64,000 nucleotides of DNA from a bacterium (lineage in GTDB: Bacteria > Electryoneota > Electryoneia > Electryoneales > Electryoneaceae), in the NCBI GenBank assembly GCA_963669175.1, contig OY769902.1:2688001-2752000 (forward strand). The letters are read 5' to 3'. The position numbers and the translations under genes are program-made. The notes under the pieces were generated by a model. It searched no databases and was not told the origin of the DNA. It worked only from the letters and a program-made list of their open reading frames with translations. Below are positions 1-9,925 of this stretch, one piece after another (position 1 is the first letter of the stretch; every line of letters begins with the position of its first letter).

Positions 1-1735
1 AGTGCTCGATCACCATTTCCGTAGCTTCCGGCACATCCACGCCGACTTCTACTACCGTGGTCGATACCAGTGCCGCCGCCTGTCCTGAGGCAAACTTCTG
101 CATGGCAGCTTCTTTCTCGTCCATCTTCATCCGGCCATGCAGCAATTCAACAGGCAGGCCTTTCAATGGTCCATTTATCAGTTCTTCACGTCCCTCGACA
201 GCCGCTTGCAGATCCAACTTCTCCGATTCCTCAACGAGGGGGAAGATGATGTAGGCGCGTCCACCTTTTTCCAGGCGTTTGCGGATACGGCGATACAAGT
301 CATCACGTTGATTGTCGCCGTTGATGGCCTGCGTGGTGATCTTCCCGCGTCCCGGGGGCATCTCATCAAGCCTGCTGACCTCAAGATCACCGTACATGGT
401 CAACGCCAGCGAGCGTGGGATCGGGGTAGCGGTCATAACCAGGACATCCGGCTTCTGCTTCAGGCCGGGGTCCATCAGTTTCTGACGTTGTGCTACTCCG
501 AAACGGTGCTGTTCATCTATGACTGTCAGCCCGAGGTTGGGCAGGATGACCGAATCCTGGATAATGGCGTGAGTGCCGATCACGATACATGGTTCCCCGG
601 AATCGAGACGGGGCAGGATTTCTTTCCGTTCAGCCGCCTTGGTTGATCCGGTCAGAAGATAGACCTGAACGCCAAGCCCCTCAAGGAATTTTCGACTGGT
701 CAGGTAATGCTGTTCCGCCAGGATTTCTGTGGGCGCCATAAGCGCTGCCTGATAACCGTTTTCCACGGCTATACTCATGGCTATCAGCGCTACAACCGTC
801 TTCCCCGAACCAACATCGCCCTGTAACAGGCGGCTCATCGGATGGGGGGAGGTCATGTCATTCCAGATCTCACGCAATACCCGTTTCTGGGCATTGGTCA
901 AGTCAAAAGGCAGCTTTTTGTTGATCAGGTCACGTGTCTGGTCGCCAACCTGCGGATAAGCGATGCCGGATTCTTTCTGCTTCCGTTTATACCGGGTATA
1001 TCCCCACATGAGTTGCAGAAATACGAGTTCGTCAAACTTGAACCGTTCCAGTCCTTTTTCCAGCTCCTGCTGGTTGTGAGGACGATGGACTGCGTTCAGC
1101 GCTTCACGTATTGGCATCAGGTTAAAACGGTTCAGCAATTCTGTAGACCACATCTCTGTAATGGAATTGCCGAACTCACCGATAATACGTTCCATCAGTT
1201 TTCGCAGGCCGCGCGCATCCAGCCCGGCATTTTCGAACTCCTTGCCGCCTGGATAGAGCGCTACCCATCGTCCACTTCCGGATTTCAGATCTTCCGCTTC
1301 TCCTTTGGACAGGTATGTAACTTCCGGATGCGCCATTTGCAGCTCGAAACCGAACTGCTTGACCACTCCGGAAAATGCAGCGGTATAGCCGAATTTGATC
1401 CATTTTTTTATCTGGTTGGTACGTCGGAACCAGACCAGCTTGATAGCGCCGCCGCTGCCGTCTTCCAGGATGGCTTCGTACCGGGTTTTGCCTTTGGCTT
1501 TAACTTCTCGCGTGTCGGCAATGGTGCCGATAACCGTGATCTCGCCATTGGATGGCCCCTGCAGGGAGTTGAGCTGGGTTGTATGAGTACGATCCAGGTA
1601 ACGACGCGGGAAGAAGAGGAGAAGATCCCGAAGAGTGCGTACCCCGGCCTTTTCGAACGGCACCGCTTTTTTTACCCCGATGCTCCGTACGAATCGTACC
1701 GATAAATTCAATGGCGCTGCTTTTTGACTACTCAA
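1..1735 (-). CDS. recG: ATP-dependent DNA helicase RecG (3' end runs off the window)
   Basis: Not in the ORF track because it has no stop in the window. Manual translation from TTG at 1735 (RBS GAGAGGA) gives MSSQKAAPLNLSVRFVRSIGVKKA...LRDLLLFFPRRYLDR, then RLLQGDVGSGKTVVA, IDEQHRFG and MTATPIPR helicase motifs. Confidence 0.93.
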   Translation of the reverse strand, partial: MSSQKAAPLNLSVRFVRSIGVKKAVPFEKAGVRTLRDLLLFFPRRYLDRTHTTQLNSLQGPSNGEITVIGTIADTREVKAKGKTRYEAILEDGSGGAIKLVWFRRTNQIKKWIKFGYTAAFSGVVKQFGFELQMAHPEVTYLSKGEAEDLKSGSGRWVALYPGGKEFENAGLDARGLRKLMERIIGEFGNSITEMWSTELLNRFNLMPIREALNAVHRPHNQQELEKGLERFKFDELVFLQLMWGYTRYKRKQKESGIAYPQVGDQTRDLINKKLPFDLTNAQKRVLREIWNDMTSPHPMSRLLQGDVGSGKTVVALIAMSIAVENGYQAALMAPTEILAEQHYLTSRKFLEGLGVQVYLLTGSTKAAERKEILPRLDSGEPCIVIGTHAIIQDSVILPNLGLTVIDEQHRFGVAQRQKLMDPGLKQKPDVLVMTATPIPRSLALTMYGDLEVSRLDEMPPGRGKITTQAINGDNQRDDLYRRIRKRLEKGGRAYIIFPLVEESEKLDLQAAVEGREELINGPLKGLPVELLHGRMKMDEKEAAMQKFASGQAAALVSTTVVEVGVDVPEATEMVIEH

Positions 1736-1802
1736 CGGCTTTCTGTCCTCTCACTCATGCTACTAACCAAGTATTTTGCCCGTCTGCCAGCCAGCCGGGT
1801 AT

Positions 1803-1828
1803 CGTCATTCCCGCGAAGGCGGGAATCT
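1803..1828 (+). repeat. CGTC-tagged REP-like palindrome CGTCATTCCCGCGAAGGCGGGAATCT
   Basis: Stem ATTCCCGC/GCGGGAAT preceded by a CGTC tag; intergenic. Confidence 0.75.
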
Positions 1829-1900
1829 ACTCCCTTTGAATTACAGAGTAATACTTGTTGCAACGTACAGTTCGTCTTCACTGGAAAAAGTGTTAGTCTC

Positions 1901-3253
1901 TTACCAGGCCTTTACCCGGTATTTCAACATGATTTCGCCATCTGCAGGAACCGGGACATTCCATTTGTAGGTACGGGAATCGGTTTTCCGGCCCTTGATG
2001 GATTCATTTTCTATGGACCAATTGGCATAATTGTGTTCAACCACGACAATAGTCACGGCTTCCTTCTTATGGTTGCGCAACGACAATTCCACTTCGTACT
2101 CGTAAACATTGCCGCGACGCACTTCATTGGTGACAACACGTTCGGCAACGAGGTCAAACGCTTTCCCGGTGACAAGTTGGATATCCTCATCACGTGGAGT
2201 ATGGTCGATATTGTCCTCACCGATGAATTCAAGGTTACCGTCGGAATCACGCTTCATCAAACGAACCAGTCCCTTGGGCAGAGGCAGGCCAAGCCCGTTT
2301 TCTTCCGAGTTCGTGAATTCCATGCTTACTGTGATCTTGGTCTGATCAACGCGGTTGTCGTAAGTGAAAACCTTTTTCGCTGGCGTACTTGCCGGCTCGA
2401 ACAGGCTGATCTGCTTCTGTTGATTGTGTTTGATCGTAACAGGGCGTGGCAGGGTATAGAGGTGGTATTCGAAGAATTCCTTCTCTGCGAACCCCTCATC
2501 CAGGGCAAAAAAGTCTACCGTATTGGCCTCCATGTAGCCACCTGCTTTACGCCCACGCACTTGTTGCAATACCTGCACATCACCAGCCATCAGTTTCAGC
2601 CTGGCGTTTTCATATGTAGCGCCGGAACGGTTGTCCATCTGAACCCAACCGGCCAGATCAATCGCGTCATCGTTGGCGGAGATCACGGCCACATAGCTTG
2701 CATTCCAGGAAATACCACGAGTAATGTAGGACAGATCGGCTTCCATCTTACCGGCCTTGTTCGCCACCAGTAACCAGCGCAAGGTCGGTTTGAGCATGAG
2801 ACCATCCGGCAAGGCGGGAAAATCAATACTGGTGATGGAAGCGTGGGTGATGGAACGGATGCGTCCGTCTTTCTCTTCCACGATTACCGGAGGACCGGCG
2901 CTGAGCAAACGTCCACGCACCAGGCCGCCCTGTTCAACCAGTTGAATCTCAATCTGTTCACCGATGTACTTGCTCATCAGGGCCGTATTGTCGACCAGGT
3001 CGTACTCGTAGTTCTGCTCGAGAATCTTCAGCCCTTTACCTTTTAGCAGAACCGAGGTTGGATCAATCTGGCTGGCTACACCGTCGTATGAGAATTCCTG
3101 CACGCCCTTTTCCAGGTCCAGGGTGCGTTTCTGACGTACCAGCGCCATGCCCTGGTTGTATACGGTAATAGCCGTGGTCGGCTCTTCGGCCAGTGCAACA
3201 ACGGCAAGACAAAGCAGGATAGCAGAAGTCACCAAAGTTTTTGGATGTTTCAT
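1901..3253 (-). CDS. Secreted DUF4139-domain protein
   Basis: Signal peptide from MKHPKT; TVYNQGMALVRQ, EQNYEYDL, LSYITRGISWNASY, FFEYHLYTL and GEDNIDHTP motifs typical of this family. Confidence 0.8.
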   Translation of the reverse strand: MKHPKTLVTSAILLCLAVVALAEEPTTAITVYNQGMALVRQKRTLDLEKGVQEFSYDGVASQIDPTSVLLKGKGLKILEQNYEYDLVDNTALMSKYIGEQIEIQLVEQGGLVRGRLLSAGPPVIVEEKDGRIRSITHASITSIDFPALPDGLMLKPTLRWLLVANKAGKMEADLSYITRGISWNASYVAVISANDDAIDLAGWVQMDNRSGATYENARLKLMAGDVQVLQQVRGRKAGGYMEANTVDFFALDEGFAEKEFFEYHLYTLPRPVTIKHNQQKQISLFEPASTPAKKVFTYDNRVDQTKITVSMEFTNSEENGLGLPLPKGLVRLMKRDSDGNLEFIGEDNIDHTPRDEDIQLVTGKAFDLVAERVVTNEVRRGNVYEYEVELSLRNHKKEAVTIVVVEHNYANWSIENESIKGRKTDSRTYKWNVPVPADGEIMLKYRVKAW

Positions 3254-3332
3254 CAGTTCCTCCCGAGTAGTTGGCAAATCACTGCAAACAGTACCGGCTC
3301 GATTTGTAAACATCAATCTGCACAAGACAAAG

Positions 3333-3390
3333 CAGGATGGTATTAAAATAACCATCCTGAGTATCCTTTACATCCTTTGCATCCTGTAAA
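3333..3390. repeat. 9-bp-period ATCCT tract with a short hairpin
   Basis: ATCCT at 3354, 3363, 3372 and 3381, preceded by an inverted CAGGATGGT. Confidence 0.7.
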
Positions 3391-3497
3391 TTCAAATTTT
3401 ACAAGTCGGGACTCAGACCCGATTGAATAGACCGAGAACTTGCTTCCGGTTCTTACAATGCGAGAAAAAACAACTTCTCTTGACAAGCATTTTGCTG

Positions 3498-3570
3498 AAA
3501 CCCGACAGCAAGCAGTCGGGCCAAGCGAATTTCATTGTATTGAAACCCGACAGCAAGCAGTCGGGCCACA
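3498..3570. repeat. Two direct copies of the REP-like palindrome CCCGACAGCAAGCAGTCGGGCCA
   Basis: Identical palindromes at about 3501 and 3546; the same unit recurs at 8697-8762. Confidence 0.8.
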
Positions 3571-3577
3571 CAATGTC

Positions 3578-3620
3578 TTATCCTGTAAATTCTGAATCAA
3601 TCCTGTTCATCTTGTGAATC
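3578..3620. repeat. ATCCT tract, 42-bp block type
   Basis: TTATCCTGTAAATTCTGAATCAATCCTGTTCATCTTGTGAATC closely matches 27087-27129. Confidence 0.7.
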
Positions 3621-3623
3621 GAT

Positions 3624-6287
3624 TTACCCCAGGTCGGCCAGGTGCGCTTCCAGTTTCTTGACCTTGGCTTCGAAGTCAGCCAGTTTGTCACGTTCGTGCT
3701 GAACCACATCAGCCGGGGCGTTGTTCACGAATTTCTCGTTCTTCAGTTTCCCGGTGATGCCTTTCAGCAGGCCCTTCAATTTGCCGATTTCCTTTTCGAC
3801 ACGAGCTTTTTCCGCGTCAAGGTCGATCAGGCCCGCGAGGGGGACATACAGCTCACGTCCCTCGACAACCGTGGTCGCGGACTGAGAAGGTTTCGAATCG
3901 GTAACTTCCGGCCCTTCGCCCTGGAGTTTTGCCAACCTGCTGATCATCTGCCATTCACGTTCGATCAGGGCCAGTCTCGGCTCACCATTATTCACGGCAA
4001 TACGAGCGTCCTTGGAAGGCGGCACCTGCAATTCACCGCGTACGTTCCGTACCGCGCTGATCAGCTCCTGCACATAGCCGAATTCTTCCACAGCGACTCG
4101 GTCGGTTCCGGACTCATCAAATACCGGATAAGCAGCTACTGCCACCGATTCGCTGCGATCTTCCGGCCAGTTCACACCTTCCACCTGTACCAGCAGGCTA
4201 TAGATCTCTTCCGTGATATAGGGCATGAAAGGATGAAGCAGACGGACAATTTTATCCATCATGCCATAGGCGAAACGCAGCGTAGCGTCGCCCTGTTCGG
4301 CATCGGGGGAATCCTGGGCAATACGTGGCTTGATTGCTTCTATGTACCAGTCACAGAAATCGTTCCAGGTGAACCGGTAGATCGCCAGCAGCGCTTCATT
4401 CAGTTTGTATTTCTTCAAATATTTCCGAACATCATCAGCAGTCTGATTAAAGCGTCCTTCGATCCATTTATCCACGAGCTGCGGCTGGAACTCAGCGAAT
4501 TTCTCCGGATTCCGGAAATTGTAGGTCGCCAGGAAACGGAACGAATTCCACAGCTTGTTGGCGAAGTTACGGCCCATCTCAAAGCGGGTCGGGTCGAGGT
4601 TAATGTCCTGACCTTCTGTGGTCAGCACGACCAGGCTGTAACGGACAGCATCGGCGCCGTACTGGTCAATCATTTCCAGAGGATCAATGCCGTTACCCAG
4701 GGATTTGGACATCCAGCGGCCCTGCTTATCCTTGATCATACCGGTGATGTACACGGTGTCGTATGGGATCTGGCCGGTGAAATGCAGGTCAGCCATGATC
4801 ATCCGCGCGATCCAGAAGAAGATGATGTCGTAGCCGCTGACCAGTACGTTGGTCGGGTGATAGAAGTCCAGCTCCTTGGTCTTGTCCGGCCAGCCCAGGG
4901 TAGAGAAGGGCCACAACCAGCTCGAGAACCAGGTATCCAGCACGTCCTCATCCTGACGGATACGTTCGCTGCCGCACTTTTCGCATTTGGTTGGATCTTC
5001 ACGGTTGACCGTTACATGGTCACAATCCGCGCAATACCATGCCGGGATACGGTGACCCCACCAGAGCTGACGGCTGATGCACCAGTCCCGGATATTTTCC
5101 AACCACTGGTAGTAGACCTTCTCCCAGCGTGGTGGAACAAACTTGATCTCGCCGTTACGGACCACATCCAGGGCCGGATCGGCGAGTGGTTTCATCTTCA
5201 GGAACCACTGGGTTGACAGATAAGGCTCAATCGGCACCTTGCTACGGTTGCAATAGCCGACCGCGTGCATATGCTTCTCGATTTTGACCAGCAAGCCCGC
5301 TTCCTCGAGGTCTTTAACGATAGCGTCACGCGCTTCGAAACGGTCCATCCCGATGTATTTATCCGGCGCTGGCGCACAGATCTTTGCCGATGTATCCAGG
5401 ATGATCGGCATGGGCAGGTTGTGGCGTTTGCCCACTTCGAAGTCATTGGGATCATGCGCCGGGGTAACCTTCACACATCCGGTCCCGAATTCACGGTCCA
5501 CATAATCATCTTCAATTACGGGAATGGTGCGTCCGGTCAGGGGTAATTGCACTTCCTTACCCTTGAGATGAGTGTAGCGTTCATCTTCCGGATGAATCAT
5601 TACCGCGGTGTCGCCCAGCATCGTTTCCGGACGTGTGGTAGCGACAACAACCCCTTCGCTGCCGTCAACACCGGGATAACGGATGTGCCAGAGATGGCCT
5701 TCTTCGTCCTTGTGATCCACCTCTTCATCGCTGATCGCCGATTGCAAGGCAGGGGACCAGTTCACGATATACGGACCACGATAAACAAGGCCTTCTTCGT
5801 AGAGCTTAACGAACACTTCACGAACCGCCTTGGACAGGCCGTCATCGAGGGTGAAGCGTTCACGGCTCCAGTCCGCGGAGTCCCCAAGCGCCGCCTTCTG
5901 GCGGGTGATGGTGTCACGGTTACGCGCGACAACTTTCCAGACTTCTTCGACAAACTTTTCCCGTCCCAGTTCGGCGCGAGTCGGCATGCCGTTCTTCTTC
6001 AGCTCTTTCTCGGTCACGGTCTGGGTGGCGATGCCGGCGTGATCCTTGCCTGCCTGCCAGTGAGATTCGAAGCCCATCATGCGATGATAGCGAATCAAAG
6101 CGTCCTGGATAGAGTCCTGAAGGGCGTGCCCCATGTGCAATACGCCCGTCACATTTGGCGGCGGCATCATGATGCAATAGGATTTTTTGTCCGGATTCGG
6201 CTGTGTATCAAACAGGTGGTTTTCCTGCCACCATTCGGTCCACTTGGGCTCGACCTGCTTGGGGTCGTATAACTTCGGGATGTCCAC
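3624..6287 (-). CDS. valS: Valine--tRNA ligase
   Basis: PPPNVTGVLHMGHA (HIGH), ATTRPETMLGD, DWCISRQLWWGHRIP, WMSKS (KMSKS-like) and a C-terminal coiled coil. GTG start at 6287 inferred from a GGAG RBS. Confidence 0.97.
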   Translation of the reverse strand: MDIPKLYDPKQVEPKWTEWWQENHLFDTQPNPDKKSYCIMMPPPNVTGVLHMGHALQDSIQDALIRYHRMMGFESHWQAGKDHAGIATQTVTEKELKKNGMPTRAELGREKFVEEVWKVVARNRDTITRQKAALGDSADWSRERFTLDDGLSKAVREVFVKLYEEGLVYRGPYIVNWSPALQSAISDEEVDHKDEEGHLWHIRYPGVDGSEGVVVATTRPETMLGDTAVMIHPEDERYTHLKGKEVQLPLTGRTIPVIEDDYVDREFGTGCVKVTPAHDPNDFEVGKRHNLPMPIILDTSAKICAPAPDKYIGMDRFEARDAIVKDLEEAGLLVKIEKHMHAVGYCNRSKVPIEPYLSTQWFLKMKPLADPALDVVRNGEIKFVPPRWEKVYYQWLENIRDWCISRQLWWGHRIPAWYCADCDHVTVNREDPTKCEKCGSERIRQDEDVLDTWFSSWLWPFSTLGWPDKTKELDFYHPTNVLVSGYDIIFFWIARMIMADLHFTGQIPYDTVYITGMIKDKQGRWMSKSLGNGIDPLEMIDQYGADAVRYSLVVLTTEGQDINLDPTRFEMGRNFANKLWNSFRFLATYNFRNPEKFAEFQPQLVDKWIEGRFNQTADDVRKYLKKYKLNEALLAIYRFTWNDFCDWYIEAIKPRIAQDSPDAEQGDATLRFAYGMMDKIVRLLHPFMPYITEEIYSLLVQVEGVNWPEDRSESVAVAAYPVFDESGTDRVAVEEFGYVQELISAVRNVRGELQVPPSKDARIAVNNGEPRLALIEREWQMISRLAKLQGEGPEVTDSKPSQSATTVVEGRELYVPLAGLIDLDAEKARVEKEIGKLKGLLKGITGKLKNEKFVNNAPADVVQHERDKLADFEAKVKKLEAHLADLG

Positions 6288-6422
6288 GGTTGTCTGCTCC
6301 AAATACTTCGGATTTACGGATTTCAGGTTTAAAAACAAGTTGTCACCACTTCAGCTCAAAGAGTTACACTGAACCGAAATACTCTTATCCCAGCGAAGCA
6401 AGGTGCCTCAGAATCACTGATA

Positions 6423-6570
6423 CTCTCATCCCAGCGAAGGCTGGGATCCAGGCAAGTATCTATGTGTGAAAGAGAAGAACCTTTCTACATCACACAATGC
6501 GACGTGCAGAAATTCCCGCTTGTACGAATGTCGCAAGATGACTGGATTCCTGCCTGCGCAGGAATGAGAG
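6423..6570. repeat. Inverted pair of REP-like palindromes (REPIN-like)
   Basis: CTCTCATCCCAGCGAAGGCTGGGATCCAG ... CTGGATTCCTGCCTGCGCAGGAATGAGAG; a degenerate third copy at about 6381. Confidence 0.75.
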
Positions 6571-6920
6571 TGTTATTGAGTCTGAGTAATCTTGAGAATC
6601 GTACATCACTTTCCATAAAGCTGCAATCCTCTGGTCACTCGTAACGTAAAACTCTCAAGACTTGGAAGATACAAAAGAAGTAAGGGAGGGAACAGACCTG
6701 ATTTCAGAGGGAGACGAGGAGGTAGATGCTGTATTTCCAAAACAGTAGGGTGAATTCACAAGATGAACAGGCCAGGTAATGATAAACAACCGGTCAGCGC
6801 ATGAGTAGGTCTACCTGCACAGGATGCCAGTTACAGGAAAGGTATCAGGAGAACGATTGTGAAAAGGAGCCAACTAATTCTACGAGCCCAATGCACTGGG
6901 ATTTACCCGTTAGCGGGCGA

Positions 6921-7730
6921 CTAAAACGATACCACACTGCCAAAACTGATTGCCGGATAAATCTTTTCATTCATGAGCACCAGCATGAGTTCTGGATGAA
7001 TGTTTCCCCATCGGTAGCCGAAACTCAACGAGGGAATAATCGTGAATCTCTGGTCCGTGGCTTTCACTTCTATGCCATTGATTATTCGTGGAGTCGCTGA
7101 TTGCGCCGTGACGTTGTAGTCAAGGAAATACACGGATGGTGTAAATGTAAACCACTGGTTTTCCCTTGTTTTGGAACTGATTGGGATGACCAGCTCATAG
7201 CCAAGAATGGAGGATGTGGATTCCAGATCCGGATCATTTATCATTGAGGATCTGAAAGTTTCAGTTTGATCGCTGAAGGAATACCCTACTCCCGGCATGA
7301 CGCTCATCTGGGTGGGATTCTCCTTTTCGCTTACGCAGTATTTCAGATGGACAGACCCGCCATAACTGCGCCCGAGCACGGCCCGTCCGGCAAAACCATG
7401 CAGACGGATGTCCATCCTGTCTAACACGCCCAGGCTGAAACCGCCGCCAAAACTGGTCCCGTAAAAAGAAAACGACTTGCATTCAATACCGGTAAGAGTA
7501 TCGTCTTCAAGGCTGTAAAAGGATGTAATGTTGTTCATTGTGTAACTCAGGCCGGCATTGCCATGAAAAGCGACGTGCCATTGCCCCTCCGTCGAACCCA
7601 GTTCATGGTGAGCCATTTCGTAGGTGGCGGCGGAAGTGATACGTGGGGTCTCAAGAATACTGCTACAGGAAGTAAAAAGCGCCATTACAAGTAGCAAGAC
7701 AAGGATTCTATACAGGCATTTTATCCGCAT
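6921..7730 (-). CDS. Hypothetical lipoprotein, possibly an outer-membrane beta-barrel
   Basis: Lipobox-like FTSC; alternating beta-strand pattern; C-terminal Phe. Confidence 0.6.
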   Translation of the reverse strand: MRIKCLYRILVLLLVMALFTSCSSILETPRITSAATYEMAHHELGSTEGQWHVAFHGNAGLSYTMNNITSFYSLEDDTLTGIECKSFSFYGTSFGGGFSLGVLDRMDIRLHGFAGRAVLGRSYGGSVHLKYCVSEKENPTQMSVMPGVGYSFSDQTETFRSSMINDPDLESTSSILGYELVIPISSKTRENQWFTFTPSVYFLDYNVTAQSATPRIINGIEVKATDQRFTIIPSLSFGYRWGNIHPELMLVLMNEKIYPAISFGSVVSF

Positions 7731-7891
7731 CGGTGATCTCAGTGGGTAAGGTTGACGAAAGAACCTGAGTATCGTGCCAGCGCTAACAATAAACTGTTAC
7801 GGAAAGTGGGGGAAAGTCAAGTCATGCTATCGAAGCTTATCAAAATATCAGCGTAGATTAGCATCCGATAGTATCTCATTTTTGAGTTTTA

Positions 7892-8497
7892 TTATGACTT
7901 TCCCATATTCTCGATGACTTTACGAAGTCCCACAAAGTCGGTCTTGCATGGTTTCAGCGAAAGCAGGCTACTTAGAGTAATGGTTTTCTGGTCAGGAATT
8001 TTATCGTTGAGCACACTTGTCGGAAGAATATAAAAATCCCACTGGTCAAGGTCCAACGGATTGATTTTGTCTTGATCCCTGGTTTTCAAGACACAGAAGA
8101 TATACACGTCTGCATATCGTTTCAGTTCACCCGGATATTCGTTGGTTTCTGCGATCCATCCCCATGTCCTTGGAATACCGAATTTAATAATCGAATAGTC
8201 TTTCTGTGACCAGGATTGGATGTAAGACGCTGATTTGACTTCGATTTTGATCCCCGATTCTGTTCTCAGGTCATAAGCGTCCCATTCCTGCCTTGTCCCG
8301 CCGGTTTGTCCAATTGCCATTGCAACGATGTATTCAGCCAAGACACCACGTAAGGCATTACCAACCAGGTCCGATGATGACCATTGCCAGAAAGACACCA
8401 GGTTCTGGTCCAAGGAATTTCCATCAACCACAAAGGATTCAGAACCAGATTTCTGGGTGATATTCAATGCCCCCAGATGGTTTTTGAGATTGGTCAT
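7892..8497 (-). CDS. Hypothetical protein, putative PD-(D/E)xK nuclease fold
   Basis: RGVLAEY...YDL...IEVKS pattern; RBS AGGA; lower GC than neighbours. Confidence 0.6.
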   Translation of the reverse strand: MTNLKNHLGALNITQKSGSESFVVDGNSLDQNLVSFWQWSSSDLVGNALRGVLAEYIVAMAIGQTGGTRQEWDAYDLRTESGIKIEVKSASYIQSWSQKDYSIIKFGIPRTWGWIAETNEYPGELKRYADVYIFCVLKTRDQDKINPLDLDQWDFYILPTSVLNDKIPDQKTITLSSLLSLKPCKTDFVGLRKVIENMGKS

Positions 8498-8696
8498 CTG
8501 TATTTCCTATGTATATAACTCAGACTTTTTGAGGATTGCGTCCCGAAGTACAGGGAAAATAGTGTCTCGCCGTTTGTTTGAAAGTTCGGATTTTTCCAGA
8601 TTGGAATCAACATGTTTGAATACAAAATTCCTTTTTTATAGAAGGATGTCTCAAGAATTAATAACTTAAAGCCAGGTAAACTAATAAAAGGGCGCG

Positions 8697-8857
8697 TGGC
8701 CCGACTGCTTGCTGTCGGGTTTCTGAGCCTTCCCTGAGTCCCGACAGCAAGCAGTCGGGCCATACGCATAAAAGACAAAGAATTAAACTAAAAGACAAAG
8801 GACTAACTCTTTGATCTAATTATAATAGACCACCGCCAGCAAGCTGGCGGGGCCAAA
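8697..8857. repeat. Inverted REP pair plus a related palindrome
   Basis: TGGCCCGACTGCTTGCTGTCGGG ... CCCGACAGCAAGCAGTCGGGCCA; variant CCGCCAGCAAGCTGGCGGGGCCA at about 8833. Confidence 0.8.
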
Positions 8858-9157
8858 GGGCATTGCAATAGACTCCTGACAGTGAGCAGTTGGACAAAAG
8901 CTGTTTTAGCGTTCGGGAGTAGAGAATGGGGGCTTTTGATCCGAAAACAGAACCGCAATCATATGTCTCCTGCCCGAAAGTATCTACTGAATGAAAAGTC
9001 TTGATTTACCCGGCATACTGGCATTACTACCGTATCTTCAGTAACTTCCGTTGGTGCAGTACGCTTCCAACTTCGCAGTTCAGGTTTTTCTTCCCGCATG
9101 CTTTCACCGCTCCGGCTCCCTTCGTATATTATTTGGTTAAAGCAAACCGGCGGAGAC

Positions 9158-9925
9158 ATGGGCAGGATCATAGCAATCGCAAACCAGAAGGGTGGTGTAG
9201 GCAAGACTACCACCGCGATCAACCTCGCTGCGGGGCTGGCAGTAGCGGAGAAACGTACGCTGCTCGTGGATTTCGATCCCCAGGCCAATGCAACCAGCGG
9301 GATGGGATTCGCTACGGATGGCAAGCTGTCTACGATTTACGATGTTTTGACCGGTGACGTGAAGCCGGAAGACGCGATACTGGAAACCTCAATCCCGTCG
9401 TTGTACCTGCTCCCGGCGCATATCAAGCTGGTTGGCGCTGAAATTGAGCTGGTGAACCTGGAGAATCGGGAGCGTCTGCTCCGTATGCGCGCCCGTCAAT
9501 ATCTGAAAGACAATTTCGACTTTGTGCTGATTGACAATATGCCCAGCCTGGGACTACTTACAGTGAATTCTCTGGTCTGCGCCGATTCCGTCATTATCCC
9601 GGTCCAGACCGAGTATTATGCGTTGGAAGGGTTGAGCCAGTTATTGCAGACGATCAAGCTGGTGCAGCAGCACCTGAACCCGCAGCTCAAGATCGAAGGT
9701 GCGGTGATGACCATGTTCGACAGCCGGTTGAACCTGGCGCGTCAGGTGGTGGAAGAGGTCTACAAGCATTTTAAGGGTAAAGTTTTTCATACACCGATAT
9801 TCCGCAATGTCCGTTTGAGTGAAGCGCCCAGTTATGGCTTGCCGATCATGATGTATGATCTGTCCAGTCGTGGCGCTGAGAACTACATGGCGTTGACCGA
9901 GGAGGTGATCAAGCATGGCGCGTAA
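9158..9925 (+). CDS. parA: Chromosome partitioning ATPase ParA/Soj
   Basis: NQKGGVGKTTT, DFDPQANAT, PVQTEYYALEGL, RNVRLSEAPSYG; ATG at 9158 after GGAG. Confidence 0.97.
   Translation: MGRIIAIANQKGGVGKTTTAINLAAGLAVAEKRTLLVDFDPQANATSGMGFATDGKLSTIYDVLTGDVKPEDAILETSIPSLYLLPAHIKLVGAEIELVNLENRERLLRMRARQYLKDNFDFVLIDNMPSLGLLTVNSLVCADSVIIPVQTEYYALEGLSQLLQTIKLVQQHLNPQLKIEGAVMTMFDSRLNLARQVVEEVYKHFKGKVFHTPIFRNVRLSEAPSYGLPIMMYDLSSRGAENYMALTEEVIKHGA

Noticed and set aside
137-6272. Long plus-strand ORFs (137-646, 842-1705, 1724-2773, 3642-5216, 5547-6272)
   Set aside because: Antisense shadows of recG, the DUF4139 gene and valS.
6290-6700. T-box leader for valS
   Set aside because: No T-box consensus seen; the hairpins are explained by the REP-like pair.
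8494-8778. 94-aa ORF upstream of the nuclease-like gene
   Set aside because: It starts inside REP palindromes and has no recognisable coding signature.
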